This document shows positions 24,301 to 34,100 of a stretch of 64,000 nt of DNA, piece after piece (position 1 is the first letter of the stretch; every line of letters begins with the position of its first letter). Source of the stretch: Gekko japonicus. Taxonomy: Eukaryota. A model generated the notes under the pieces. That model made no database searches. It was not told the DNA's origin and worked only from the letters and a program-made list of their open reading frames with translations. Where the stretch lies: assembly GCF_001447785.1 (NCBI RefSeq), contig NW_015168051.1:1204877-1268876 (forward strand), read 5' to 3'. The position numbers and the translations under genes are program-made.

Positions 24301-26012
24301 AGTAGCTTACTCTCAAATAAGTATGCACAGAATTGCACTGTAACAGTTACTTCCCTTATTTCAATAAGCACAGCATGAAACAACTATGGATAGTGTTGTG
24401 GTTAGAGTGTTGCACTATGGGAGACCCAGGCTTGAATCCCCACTCTCGTAGAAGCTCACTGGGTGACCATGGGCTAATCCTACAGCTAAATCTTCCTCAC
24501 AGGGTTTTTGTGAGGATAAAATGGAGGAGAGGAGAATGATGTAAGCTGATCTGGGTCTCCATGGAGTGAAAGGCAGGGTACAAGTAAGCAATGCTCCCCC
24601 TAAGCTGTGGAGTCTTGTGAGCAAAAATTCTACTTTGTGAGCTACTGGAATTAAAGTTGTGAGCAAGCAATTTGGCTACTGCATAAATTACGTTTGTTCT
24701 GGAGCCAGAGACTAAAAAACTGTGAGCTAGCTCACACTAACTCAGTTTAGAGGGGACACTGCAAGTAAGTAAAGAAATTGGGTTGCCCTCCAAATGAGAC
24801 CATTTTGCAATGCTTTGTTTACTAGCAAGTGCACAGAAAGCACTGTATGGATCTTACTTTAGTTCATTCTCTGGTAGGCAATAGGTAGATTTAAAGACAC
24901 CTAGAACTGAATACACAAGTGGACAATGATACAATGTCCACTTACAATTAGGCACAATACTTATGTACTTTTAACACCTAAGCATAACATTCAGCACAGG
25001 AACCACTTTTCCCATGAAAAAATGAAGCTGTCATATACTGAATCCATTGGTTCTTCCAGGACACTATTATCTATTTAGACTGACAGTGGCTTTCGAGAAT
25101 GGCAGCAGAGGCATTTCACATCACTTATTTACTCGATCCTTTTAACTGAGAATGCCCGGGGGACTCAACCAGGCACCTTCTGCATGCAGATGCTCTACCA
25201 AAGCCATGGTCCCACCAGCATGGCCGTCGTCGGGAGGGGCTGCTGTATACTGTGAACATTCAGCCAGTTAAAGGAGCATAAGCTCTCAGGTGATCCCTCT
25301 CCCCCGTTGTGTTTCTGAAATGTATATGCGGCAGTCTACACGTGGAGAGATGCTCTTGGGCACTCTGGCGGGGGGAGGGAGCTGTTTCTTAAGAGTCCTG
25401 GAGCCGCCACGCTGACCAAGCAAAGCAAAAGATTCCCTCGCCTGCCACCGGCTTGAACCAAGGCCAGATGCTTCTGGGCGGACCGGGGGAGAAGGGGGCG
25501 CTTGGGGCTCCCCTCCCGTCCAGAGAGCCACCTCCAGCCACTCACTTCAAAGCACCTGTGAATGGAAGGCAGAGTCATCCGCCCCCGGCTTCCCGCTTCC
25601 CACATAAAGCAGAAACCGGCCTCGAAGGAGAGCAGGGCAGGGCCGAAGCCCCCCCTCCAGCCTCTCCACAGCCAATAAAAGCACACGATACGCGGTGCGC
25701 GCGAAAAGAGGGGGGGGGGTTCCGTCTGCAGCACAGAGGCCCTATCTCCAATGGATAGAAGGACAGGCGACGATGTAGCGAAAGGTCCCATATACGGGTA
25801 GCCTTTACAAGCGCCTGTCTGGGCTCATTTGATGTAAATGTCGCATGGGGAATAGGAAGGTTTAATGATAATCAGAAACGGAGATACTACTCGGGGGAAA
25901 GGATTATGTTCTGTCTAAGGAATACTTCCAAAGGGAAAAAAAGTTTACCTTCGCACAGGCAATCACAAAGTACGACTAACACGGAAGCGATTGGCTTTCT
26001 TTTCGATGTCAT
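12204..26012 (-). CDS. Uncharacterised coiled-coil protein with a CEP290-like C-terminus; exons 26012-25949 (tentative), 24900-24858 (tentative), 23150-23048, 22979-22837, 22057-21971, 19483-19393, 17042-16865, 13518-13421, 12365-12204
   Basis: All junctions are GT-AG with matching phases, giving a 969-nt open frame (322 aa). Heptad-rich sequence. C-terminal ELAALDKDFFDEIEDLKY resembles CEP290 ELENFDPSFFEEIEDLKY (recalled, not searched). Alternative starts at 23119 or 23062. Confidence 0.8.
13421..13518 (-). CDS. Coiled-coil gene exon (98 nt)
   Basis: DQLLLEIQQLKKENEKLSRERRMLRNELAALDK; ttgcag / gtaact. Confidence 0.85.
13882..14664 (-). mobile_element. Solo LTR (783 bp)
   Basis: TGTGACGA...TCGTTACA termini; 5-bp TSD caggg; AATAAA on minus strand. 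Confidence 0.8.
15178..15392 (+). mobile_element. tRNA-derived SINE (Squam3/MIR-like); relatives at 18905-19125, 24385-24585 and 47696-47870
   Basis: GAGCCAGTGTAGGATAGTG head; shared CTCAGCC..ACCT.CACAGGGTTGTTGTGAGGATAAAATGG core. Confidence 0.65.
16865..17042 (-). CDS. Coiled-coil gene exon (178 nt)
   Basis: VKINELEQQLQLASQKRKELESKKG...CVCKKKGGCSCRYL; ccacag / gtaaga. Confidence 0.82.
17665..17729 (+). mobile_element. CR1 LINE 3' end
   Basis: GGGGGTTGGACTAGATG...CCCTTCCAACTCTGATTCTATGA terminal motif; another CR1-like piece at about 50075-50200. Confidence 0.7.
17897..18088 (-). mobile_element. Sauria SINE, 3' fragment
   Basis: Matches the 3' half of the other copies. Confidence 0.8.
19393..19483 (-). 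CDS. Coiled-coil gene exon (91 nt)
   Basis: LRQMYNNLQRRHNNEMKIHQEQKETVSLLS; ttccag / gtaaga. Confidence 0.82.
20023..20870 (+). mobile_element. Sauria SINE interrupted by a ~480-bp fold-back insertion (20086-20565)
   Basis: SINE TSD taacaagggctgcaggag (20009-20026 / 20871-20888); inner TSD gaaggtcagtagttca (20070-20085 / 20566-20581). Confidence 0.9.
21971..22057 (-). CDS. Coiled-coil gene exon (87 nt)
   Basis: VQVQTEIHVWSKSDRVRSRLHEVAKENAK; atttag / gtaagc. Confidence 0.78.
22837..22979 (-). CDS. Coiled-coil gene exon (143 nt)
   Basis: LNQENELLHKKLRHVRLKNKQLEHDLTQTQEQLRAQNKFLPVCVAKR; long pyrimidine tract with cttcag / gtaaga. Confidence 0.8.
23048..23150 (-). CDS. Coiled-coil gene exon (103 nt; contains ATGs at 23119 and 23062)
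   Basis: IKCEKSYEVGMHRLGFVKGFSLKQELLSRMETDV; gtgcag / gtgaga; followed by a 68-nt intron with a CCCTAAC branch point. Confidence 0.65.
24589..24761 (-). mobile_element. hAT-type MITE inserted in a SINE tail
   Basis: Same family; 8-bp TSD caagtaag. Confidence 0.85.
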
Positions 26013-26100
26013 TAGAACTAAGTGAGATCATCAGTGTGCGGCGACTGTTTCAGGTCCCCCCAGGCTTCTTGCTAAAGGGTTCCCATGGGAACAGGCTACT
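25400..26100 (-). promoter_or_regulatory. CpG-rich promoter region of the coiled-coil gene, with palindromic RFX X-box GTTCCCATGGGAAC (26079-26092)
   Basis: CpG enrichment, CCAAT boxes, minus-strand donors at 25949 and 25546, and a 14-bp palindrome fitting GTTNCCATGGNAAC. Confidence 0.55.
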
Positions 26101-26309
26101 GAACTGACCCGTGAGGCGAGCAATGTAATAAAGACGGATCCTGAGTCGGTTTTAGAGATAACTGAATAGATGACTCAGACACATAGACCTTTCTGAAATC
26201 ATATCTGCTAAGGTATGAACAACTGAAAGGCCGCTAGTGCTTCTCCACTACTACTGTCATAAGAAAGTCAATTGGGATTTAAAAGGCAGCTACAGACATA
26301 CATAATTTG

Positions 26310-27892
26310 TTTTGTTGTTGTTCAGTCGCACAGTCGAGTCCGACTCTTTGCGACCCCATGGACCAGATCACGCCAGGCCTTCCTGTCTTCCGCCATCCTC
26401 TGAAGTTTGCTCAGTTTCATGTTTGTTGCATCTATGACACTGTCTAACCATCTCATCCTTTGCTGTCCCCGTCTTCTTTGACCTTCAATCTTTCCCAGCA
26501 TCAGGGTCTTCTCCAGTGAGTGCTCCCTTCTCATTTGGTGGCCAAAGTATTTGAGCTTCAGTTTCATTATCTGGCCTTCCAGGGAACAGTCAGGGTTGAT
26601 TTCTTTTAGGATTGACTGATTTGATCTTCTTGCAGTCCAAGGGACTCTCAAGAGTCTTCTCCAGCACCATAGTTCAAAAAAATCTATTCTTCGGCGCTTG
26701 GCCTTCCTTATAGTCCAACTCTCGCAGCCATATATGACTACTGGGAATACCATTGCTTTGACCATGCGGACTTTTGTTGGCAGGGTGATGTCTCTACTTT
26801 TTATCATGCTGTTTAGGTTCGCCATCGCTTTCCTCCCAAGGAGCAGGCGTCTTTTAATTTCATGGCTACTGTCACTGTCTGCGGTGATCTGGGATCCCAG
26901 GAACGTGAAGTCTGTCACTACTTCCATGACTTCCCCTTCCCTTGGCAAATGCCAAGGAGTGATGGGGCCGGATGCCATGATCTTAGTTTTTTTGATGTTG
27001 AGCTTCAAGCCCACATTTGCACTCTCCTCTTTTACCCTGAGTAAGAGGCTCTTTAGGTCCTCTTCACTTTCTGCCATTAGAGTGGTATCGTCTGCATATC
27101 TGAGGTTGTTGATCTTTTCCCCAGCAATCTTAATTCCCGCTTGTGATTCATCCAGGCCAGCATTTCGCATGATGTACTCTGCATATATATTAAATAAGCA
27201 AGGTGACAGTATACATCCTTGTCGTACTCCTTTTCCTATGCTAAACCAATCAGTTGTTCCATATCCGGTTCTAACTGTCGCTTCTTGGCCCTTATACAGG
27301 TTTCTCAAGAGACATGTGAGGTGGTCTGGTACTCCCATCTCTTTAAGGACCTGCCATAGTTTGTTGTGATCCACACAGTCAAAGGCTTTAGCATAGTCAA
27401 TGAAGCAGAAGTAGATGTTTTTCTGGCACTCTCTTGCTTTCTCCATAATCCAGCGAATGTTGGCAATTTGATCTCTAGTTCCTCTACCTCTTCGAAACCC
27501 AGCTTGTACTTCTGGTAGTTCTCTATCCACGTACTGTTGAAGCCTAGCTTGTAGGATCTTGAGCATGACCTTGCTAGCGTGTGATATGAGTGCAATTGTG
27601 CGATAGTTTGAACATTCCTTGGCATTGCCCTTCTTTGGGATTGGAATGTATACTGACCTTTTCCAATCCTGTGGCCACTGTTGCGTTATCCAAATTTGCT
27701 GGCAAATGGAGTGCAGAACTTTAACAGCATCATCTTCTAAGACTTTGAATAGCTCAACTGGAATACCATCACCTCCACTAGCTTTGTTGTTAGTAATGCT
27801 TTCTAAGGCCCATTTAACTTCACATTCCAGGATGTCTGGCTCGAGGTCAGTGATTATACCGTCGTGGTTGTCAAGGACATCGAGGTCTTTCT
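26310..27892 (-). mobile_element. Bov-B (RTE clade) LINE, 5'-truncated, with a stop-free reverse transcriptase domain
   Basis: Translation includes NYRTIALISHASKVMLKILQARL, FIDYAKAFD, GVRQGCILSP, NNLRYADD and GVAKSRTRL; 3' tail CTGAACAACAACAA; frame open from about 27890 to the stop at 26322. Confidence 0.95.
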
Positions 27893-29890
27893 AGTCCAAG
27901 GCCACCATCCCGCGGCTCAGGGAGCTGGGGGATCGTTTAGCGCCCCCCCTCACCCGCGGCCGTTGGAGCTGCCGCCGACAGCGGCAACAGCCATAACTTT
28001 TTAAAGAGCCCCTAACAAGAGTTGGGGGAGCCGTAATGACCTCTTGCGTGATTACACACCAGAATGATCACATGCGAGAGGTGGAATTTGCCCCTAGAAG
28101 TCCAAGGCCACCACCCCGGGGCTCAAGGAGCCGGGGGGATGTTTCAGGCCCCCCACCCTACACGCAGACGTTGGAGCTGCCAATAGTGGCGGCGGCCATA
28201 ACTATTTAAAGAGCCCCTAACGAGAGCTGGGGGAGGCAGAATGACCTGTCGCGTGTGATGTCTCGCGTGTGCGAGAGGTGGAATTTGCCCCTAGAAGTCC
28301 AAGGCCACTACCCCAGGGCTCAGGGAGCCAGGGGAATGTTTCGCGCGGGCCCCTCACCCGTGGCCGTTGGAGTTGCCACTGACAGCGGCCATAACTTTTT
28401 AAAGAGCCCCTAACGAAAGCTCGGCAGCGGCGGACATAACTTTTTAAAGAGCCCCTAACGAGAGCTTGGGGAGCCTGAATGACCTCTCGCGTGATTACAC
28501 GCCCAAATGATCACATGTGAGAGGTGGGATTTGCCTGTAGAAGTCCAAGGCCACCACCCCGGGGCTCAAGGAGCCGGGGGAAGATTTTGTGCCCACCCGC
28601 GGCCGTTGGAGCTGCCGCTAACAGCAGCCATAACTTTTTAAAGAGCCCCTAACGAGAGCTTGGGGAGCCTGAATGACCTCTCGCGTGATTACACGCCCAA
28701 ATGATCACATGTGAGAGGTGGGATTTGCCTGTAGAAGTCCAAGGCCACCCACCCCAGGGCTCAGGGAGCCGGGGGAATGTTTTGTGCCCACCCGCGGCCG
28801 TTGGAGCTGCCGCTAACAGCAGCCATAACTTTTTAAAGAGCCCCTAACGAGAGCTTGGGGAGCCGGAATGACCTCTCGTGTGATTACACACCAGAATGAT
28901 CACACGTGAGAGGTGGAATTTGCCCCTAGAAGTCCAAGGCCACCACCCCGCCGGGGGAAGATTTTGTGCCCACCCGCGGCCGTTGGAGCTGCCGCTAACA
29001 GCAGCCATAACTTTTTAAAGAGCCCCTAACGAGAGCTTGGGGAGCCTGAATGACCTCTCGCGTGATTACACGCCCAAATGATCACATGTGAGAGGTGGGA
29101 TTTGCCTGTAGAAGTCCAAGGCCACCACCCCGGGGCTCAAGGAGCCGGGGGAAGATTTTGTGCCCACCCGCGGCCGTTGGAGCTGCCGCTAACAGCAGCC
29201 ATAACTTTTTAAAGAGCCCCTAACGAGAGCTTGGCGGCGGCGGCAGTGGCCATAACTTTTTAAAGAGCCCTTAACGAGAGCTGGGGGAGGCAGAATGACC
29301 TGTCGCGTGTGATGTCTCGCGTGTGCGAGAGGTGGAATTTGCCCCTAGAAGTCCAAGGCCACCCACCCCAGGGCTCAGGGAGCCGGGGGAATGTTTTGTG
29401 CCCACCCGCGGCCGTTGGAGCTGCCGCTAACAGCAGCCATAACTTTTTAAAGAGCCCCTAACGAGAGCTTGGGGAGCCGGAATGACCTCTCGTGTGATTA
29501 CACACCAGAATGATCACACGTGAGAGGTGGAATTTGCCCCTAGAAGTCCAAGGCCACCACCCCAGTGCTCTGGGAGCCGGGGGAATGTTTTGCGCGCCCC
29601 CTCACCCATGACCATTGGAGTTGGTATTGACAGCGGCGGCAGCCATAACTTTTTAAAGAGCCCCTAACGAGAGCTGGGGGAGCCGGAATGACCTCTTGTG
29701 TGTGATGTCCGAGCAGCAACGCGAGAGGTGGAATTTGCCCCTAGAAGTCCAAGGCCACCACCCCGGGGCTCAGGGAGCCGGGGGAATGTTTCGCCCCCCC
29801 CCAGCCGTTGGAGCTACTTCTGACAGCGGCCATAACTTTTTAAAGAGCCCCTAACGAGAGCTCGGGGAGCCGGAATGACCTCTGGTGTGT
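27893..29890. repeat. GC-rich tandem array of 10 units, ~195 bp each (182-246 bp)
   Basis: Anchor GTCCAAGGCCAC at 27894, 28100, 28297, 28543, 28737, 28932, 29114, 29351, 29546 and 29747; ATAACTTTTTAAAGAGCCCCTAAC-type block in every unit. Confidence 0.95.
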
Positions 29891-29904
29891 GATTACCTCT
29901 TTCA

Positions 29905-30163
29905 GCTCAAATGAGCTTTTGTGTGCATGCACACTTTTCCAAACACATTGGAATGGAAGGTAACAGTTCAAACAGTTCAGACTTATACACTTAAAACATC
30001 TTCACTTAGTTACACGCTAATTTGCTGTTCAGTCTGTCTATAAGTTTGAACTGTTACCTCTTCCATTCCAATGTACTTGAAAAAGTCTGCATGCACAGGA
30101 AAGCTCATGCCTTGAATAAACCTTTGTTGGTCTTAAAGGTGCCACTTGGCTCAAAATTTGTTC
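29905..30163. mobile_element. Penelope-derived palindromic remnant in the IMPA2 promoter
   Basis: 29913-29972 is approximately the reverse complement of 30044-30106; terminal TTGGTCTTAAAGGTGCCAC motif; similar remnants at 5680-5860, 17733-17830, 32085-32230 and 60690-60790. Confidence 0.65.
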
Positions 30164-30199
30164 TTAGGGGGTGAGACATTCCTAAGTCTTCGGGGCAGT

Positions 30200-31150
30200 G
30201 GAGTCCACGACAAAAGCCAGCTACTCCCCCCCCCCCCCGGATACCCTTGAATTCTCCTTAAAGGCCCAGCCAGGCAGCTTGCGCGACTTCCTAAAATTAG
30301 CCGTCAGCGCGCGGGCTCTGAGGCGCTGGCCGGCTTCCCGCCTTGGATGGGTGGAAAAGGCCGTCACTCTGGCCAAGGAGGCGGCGCCGAGGCGGGGTCT
30401 GGGAGTCACTCACTTGCTCAACGCCGTGGAGGAGCGTGAGAGAGCCGCATAAGGAAGAGGCGGGAGGCAGCCGGAGGAGGTTCTGCAGCGGCTGGGAAGA
30501 AACGCCTCGCGAGGCTCAAGCAGGCAGCGGTCCGCCTTTAGGCTCGAGGAGGGAGCGGCAGAGAGCGTCCCTCTCCCTGCCGGGCAGCGGGGGCAGAGCG
30601 GAGGTCCTGCCAGAGCCGGGCAGGCGAGTCAGAGGGGAGGCGAAGAGACCGCGGGAGGAGCGGCTGCCATGAAGCCCAGCGGGGAGCAGGGGGCGGGGGC
30701 GGCCGCAGGAGTGGACGACCCCTGGAAGGAGTGCGTGGAGGCGGCGGTGCAGTTGGCGCTGCGGGCGGGACAGGTGAGTTGGAGCAACGCGCTTCGCCCG
30801 CGTGGGCGTCCTCTCCTCCGGGCCTCCCGTCCGGTGGGCTCTTGGCGCGAGGAAACAGGAGCCCTTGCCTGTTTCGGCGCCAGCTTTTCGCCTCTTTCTG
30901 GGGCTTGGGGGGGGGGGGCTGTTGTGCGCGCTGTGGAGTCAAATCGTGTGCCCGTGCAGAGGGGAGGGCGTGGAGCTCTGCGTCAGCTGCTGGAGCGTTG
31001 GCAGCCGAGAGCCAAAGCCTTGCCTTGTGGACAGTTCTCGGGTCGCAACTTTTGAAAGTTTGGCACGTCGCGGTGCCAGTCTTGTCAAGCCCGAGTCTAT
31101 GCATGTTTACTCGGAAGCAAGCAGGATTCCGTTGAACGGCTCTTGCTGGC
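30200..31150 (+). promoter_or_regulatory. IMPA2 CpG island / promoter
   Basis: GC- and CpG-rich region around exon 1. Confidence 0.85.
30669..30773 (+). CDS. IMPA2: IMPA2 exon 1
   Basis: gccATGA start; CAG|gtgagt donor. Confidence 0.95.
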
Positions 31151-34100
31151 AAGCATTGGGAGACAGCTCCGTTGTGTGTTCCTTTTGAGGCCAAGAGGGG
31201 GTCAGGAAGAAGCGGGGTTGAAATACTGTTTAGAGATGAACTCGGAGAGGAGTGGGTTGAAAGAGTGGGTGAAGAGAGTCAGCTCAAATGAAGCAGGAAA
31301 CCCAAGGGCCTTATATTTCTGGAGATCTCAAAAATAACCTGTTCAGTACTTGATTTAGAAGAACCCACAGGAAAAATGTTCTAAAACATCACAAAGGGAT
31401 TGCTGTGGAGTTGGTGCGTTTATTCTTGGAAGTGTTGATCCTGTGACATAAGGGACTCTTTTCCTTCCTTGTTGATGCAGTCATTCCTCTGTGTTCATTT
31501 AGAGATTTTGCTGCCTCTATACGTATGGATACTTATCTGGGTACTCTAAACTGTCTTTTGTCTACATTTGTATCTTTCTGTTTCTTCTTGATCTGAATGA
31601 AACAGCTTAGAAGAAAAACTATTTTAACAGTAGGGGGGAGGAGTAAAAATTATCCAAGTGATGCTTGGCTATTTTGTTTCACTGACACCTTCCTTTGTCT
31701 ACAAATAACTCCTTATCAGTTATTGTTCTTACCAAAATGTAGGAAATGTTTTATGTAACCTCACACTTGATGATAAGCCAAAGTGTATTAAGGAAGTGAG
31801 TTCATTAATTTAACAATTGCTCTGTATAAAACTGAAACCTGAGATTCAGGTTTATATTGACTCATATTTGTTATCCTTACAATACAGAGCCAAATGCTGA
31901 TGCTGTCATGAAGCAAAATGGCCGAATACCAATTTTCAGTGGAACATATTCTTACCTCTGAAGAATGCTCCCCTTTCATTATATTTGTATAGCAATACCA
32001 CTTTTGCTTTACAGAAAGAATTATTTGCATGCAGCCTGTGAAATGAAAAAGGAAAAGATCAGAAGCCTATAACTTTTTGGATGTGTAACAAAGTTTGAGT
32101 CAAGTGGCACTTTTGAGACCAAGAAAGTTTTATTCAAAGTATTTGAATAAAACTTTCTTGGTCTCAAAGGTGCCACTTGACTAAAACTTGGTTCTGTTGC
32201 TTCTGGCCAACATGGCTACCCACCTGAATCTATCTTTGGATGTGTGTTGGCTGTAGTATTAAAACATGCTACTTACTAACTTGACCTCATGAAACAATAT
32301 AATTACTTTGACATAGTATTATGACGATAAATTCAGTAAAGCCATTAGTAATTAACTGCAACAGGAAGTCACAGTCTTTATTTAGGCTGAAAAGCTACCC
32401 TGGTCCTCCATCTCTGCACAGAATGATCTGCTTTCAGTGTCGCTGTCATTTCCTGTCTACACTAGCAAGGTGTCACTTCAGAACGTTTGTGCAGGCATAG
32501 GTTAGAGGAACTAGACTAAGAACCAGACTTCTTCTTTTGTAGTATATTGTTTGTTGGGTGATTTGAATCAACTGAATGTTTTGTGTTTTTGTGGATTTTT
32601 TTGAGAGTTTGCAGGAAGCACCCTTAAAATAATGTGTTTATGGGATTTTTTCCCCTATGTAGATTATTAGAAAAGCTTTCACTGAGGAAAAACAAGTATC
32701 CACCAAAACATCTGCAGCAGATCTTGTGACAGAAACCGATCACTTTGTGGAAAACTTAATTGTTTCTGCTCTGAAAGAAAAGTTTCCCTCTCACAGGTAT
32801 GTCTACATATGGTGCTGTCTGATGCATGGCCAGTTGGAACTGGAATTCAGAGCATTATTCTGACATTGAACATTCAGGGAGTATTGGTAGAAGCAGATCT
32901 GTTTTAGACTGGGCTGGCGTCAGTATACCCTGAAGTGGAGCAGCTGCCCAGGCCCAGGTCTTCTGTGGGGCCCACTGCTGCTGCCCTGCCATCCGCTCAC
33001 CTCCTTTGCTGTCCATCACCTTGCTGTGAGCCTGACCATCACCCACACTGACATCATAGTCAGGGAAGGGTGTGCAAGCGCTGGGAGGACTGGAGAAGGA
33101 GCAGGTGAGTGGGAGGAGGATGGATGGCGAGGCAGTGGGAGGGGAGAATGCAGGCAGATGGGCAGGGCGGTGTGAGCGGGGAGCTCAGTGGCAAGCAGAG
33201 GAGGGGACGGGGCCCCTGGAGACCCTCTGCCCAAGACCCACTGAAACCTGCAACCAGCCGTGGCCAAGGATGACCTACCGTGGTCTGAGAGAATTATCCC
33301 CCTTTCTCAAACCTGAGACCTTGAAGCAAGACTCTCTATGATAACATAACCAAATTGAACCTAAGTTTGGGTCAATAGATTCACAGCAACACACCACATA
33401 GTAAAATGAGCTTTATCAGAAAGAAAATAAAGAGGGTTTTCAAAACAATATAGTTCCAGTGATGTGTTCAAGTATTCAGAAGTAACAAAAATAACTTCTA
33501 AATACCCTTACTGAACAGGATTTCTGCAGTGCAGGTCTTAACCTCTTAAAACTTCAGCAAATTCAGTCTATGAGCAAACAGCATAGTCCATAATCAGTGT
33601 AGTGTAAGATGTATACAAGTACAAGGGATGGGGAAGGGGAGTAGGATAGGGATGGAAATAAGGCCTAGCAAGATAGATTACATTTTATAGAAAACTTTGG
33701 CCACTAATCTTATGACCTACTTCAGCCAATCATCACACTATCTCCTAAGAGCTTTCTGGAAGAGCAGCAAATCCCCCCTCCCATCTTGTTCCAGTGGAAA
33801 CCAGTGACCTAATGAATAGGCCTGATGGAATGACATTGGTGGACCAGCAGTCTGTGTGCAGGGGTTACCAGCACCTGTTGTTACCTGAGCAGAACAGAGA
33901 AAAGATCTTGCAAGTGGAATTTGACTCAGACATGGCTCTTTTTCTTGACACCTGGATTTAGAAGTTAACTTTTGTAACTGGGGGCCTGCAAGACTTGTGA
34001 GGGGGGAATCCCATCCCCCCCCTTGCCAAACCCAGTGTGGCCCCCGGGCTTTTCAGCAGCCACCGCCAGGTTCAGTGTGGAGTCCTGGGTTGTATGGCAA

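Noticed and set aside
26698-27894. Plus-strand ORFs of 223 and 91 aa
   Set aside because: Antisense shadows of the Bov-B RT frame.
27893-29890. CRISPR-like repeat/spacer appearance
   Set aside because: The whole unit is repeated with no unique spacers, the context is vertebrate, and there are no cas genes; it is a tandem array.
33240-33950. LTR-like AT-rich segment ending in TTGACA
   Set aside because: Could not define both termini and a TSD.
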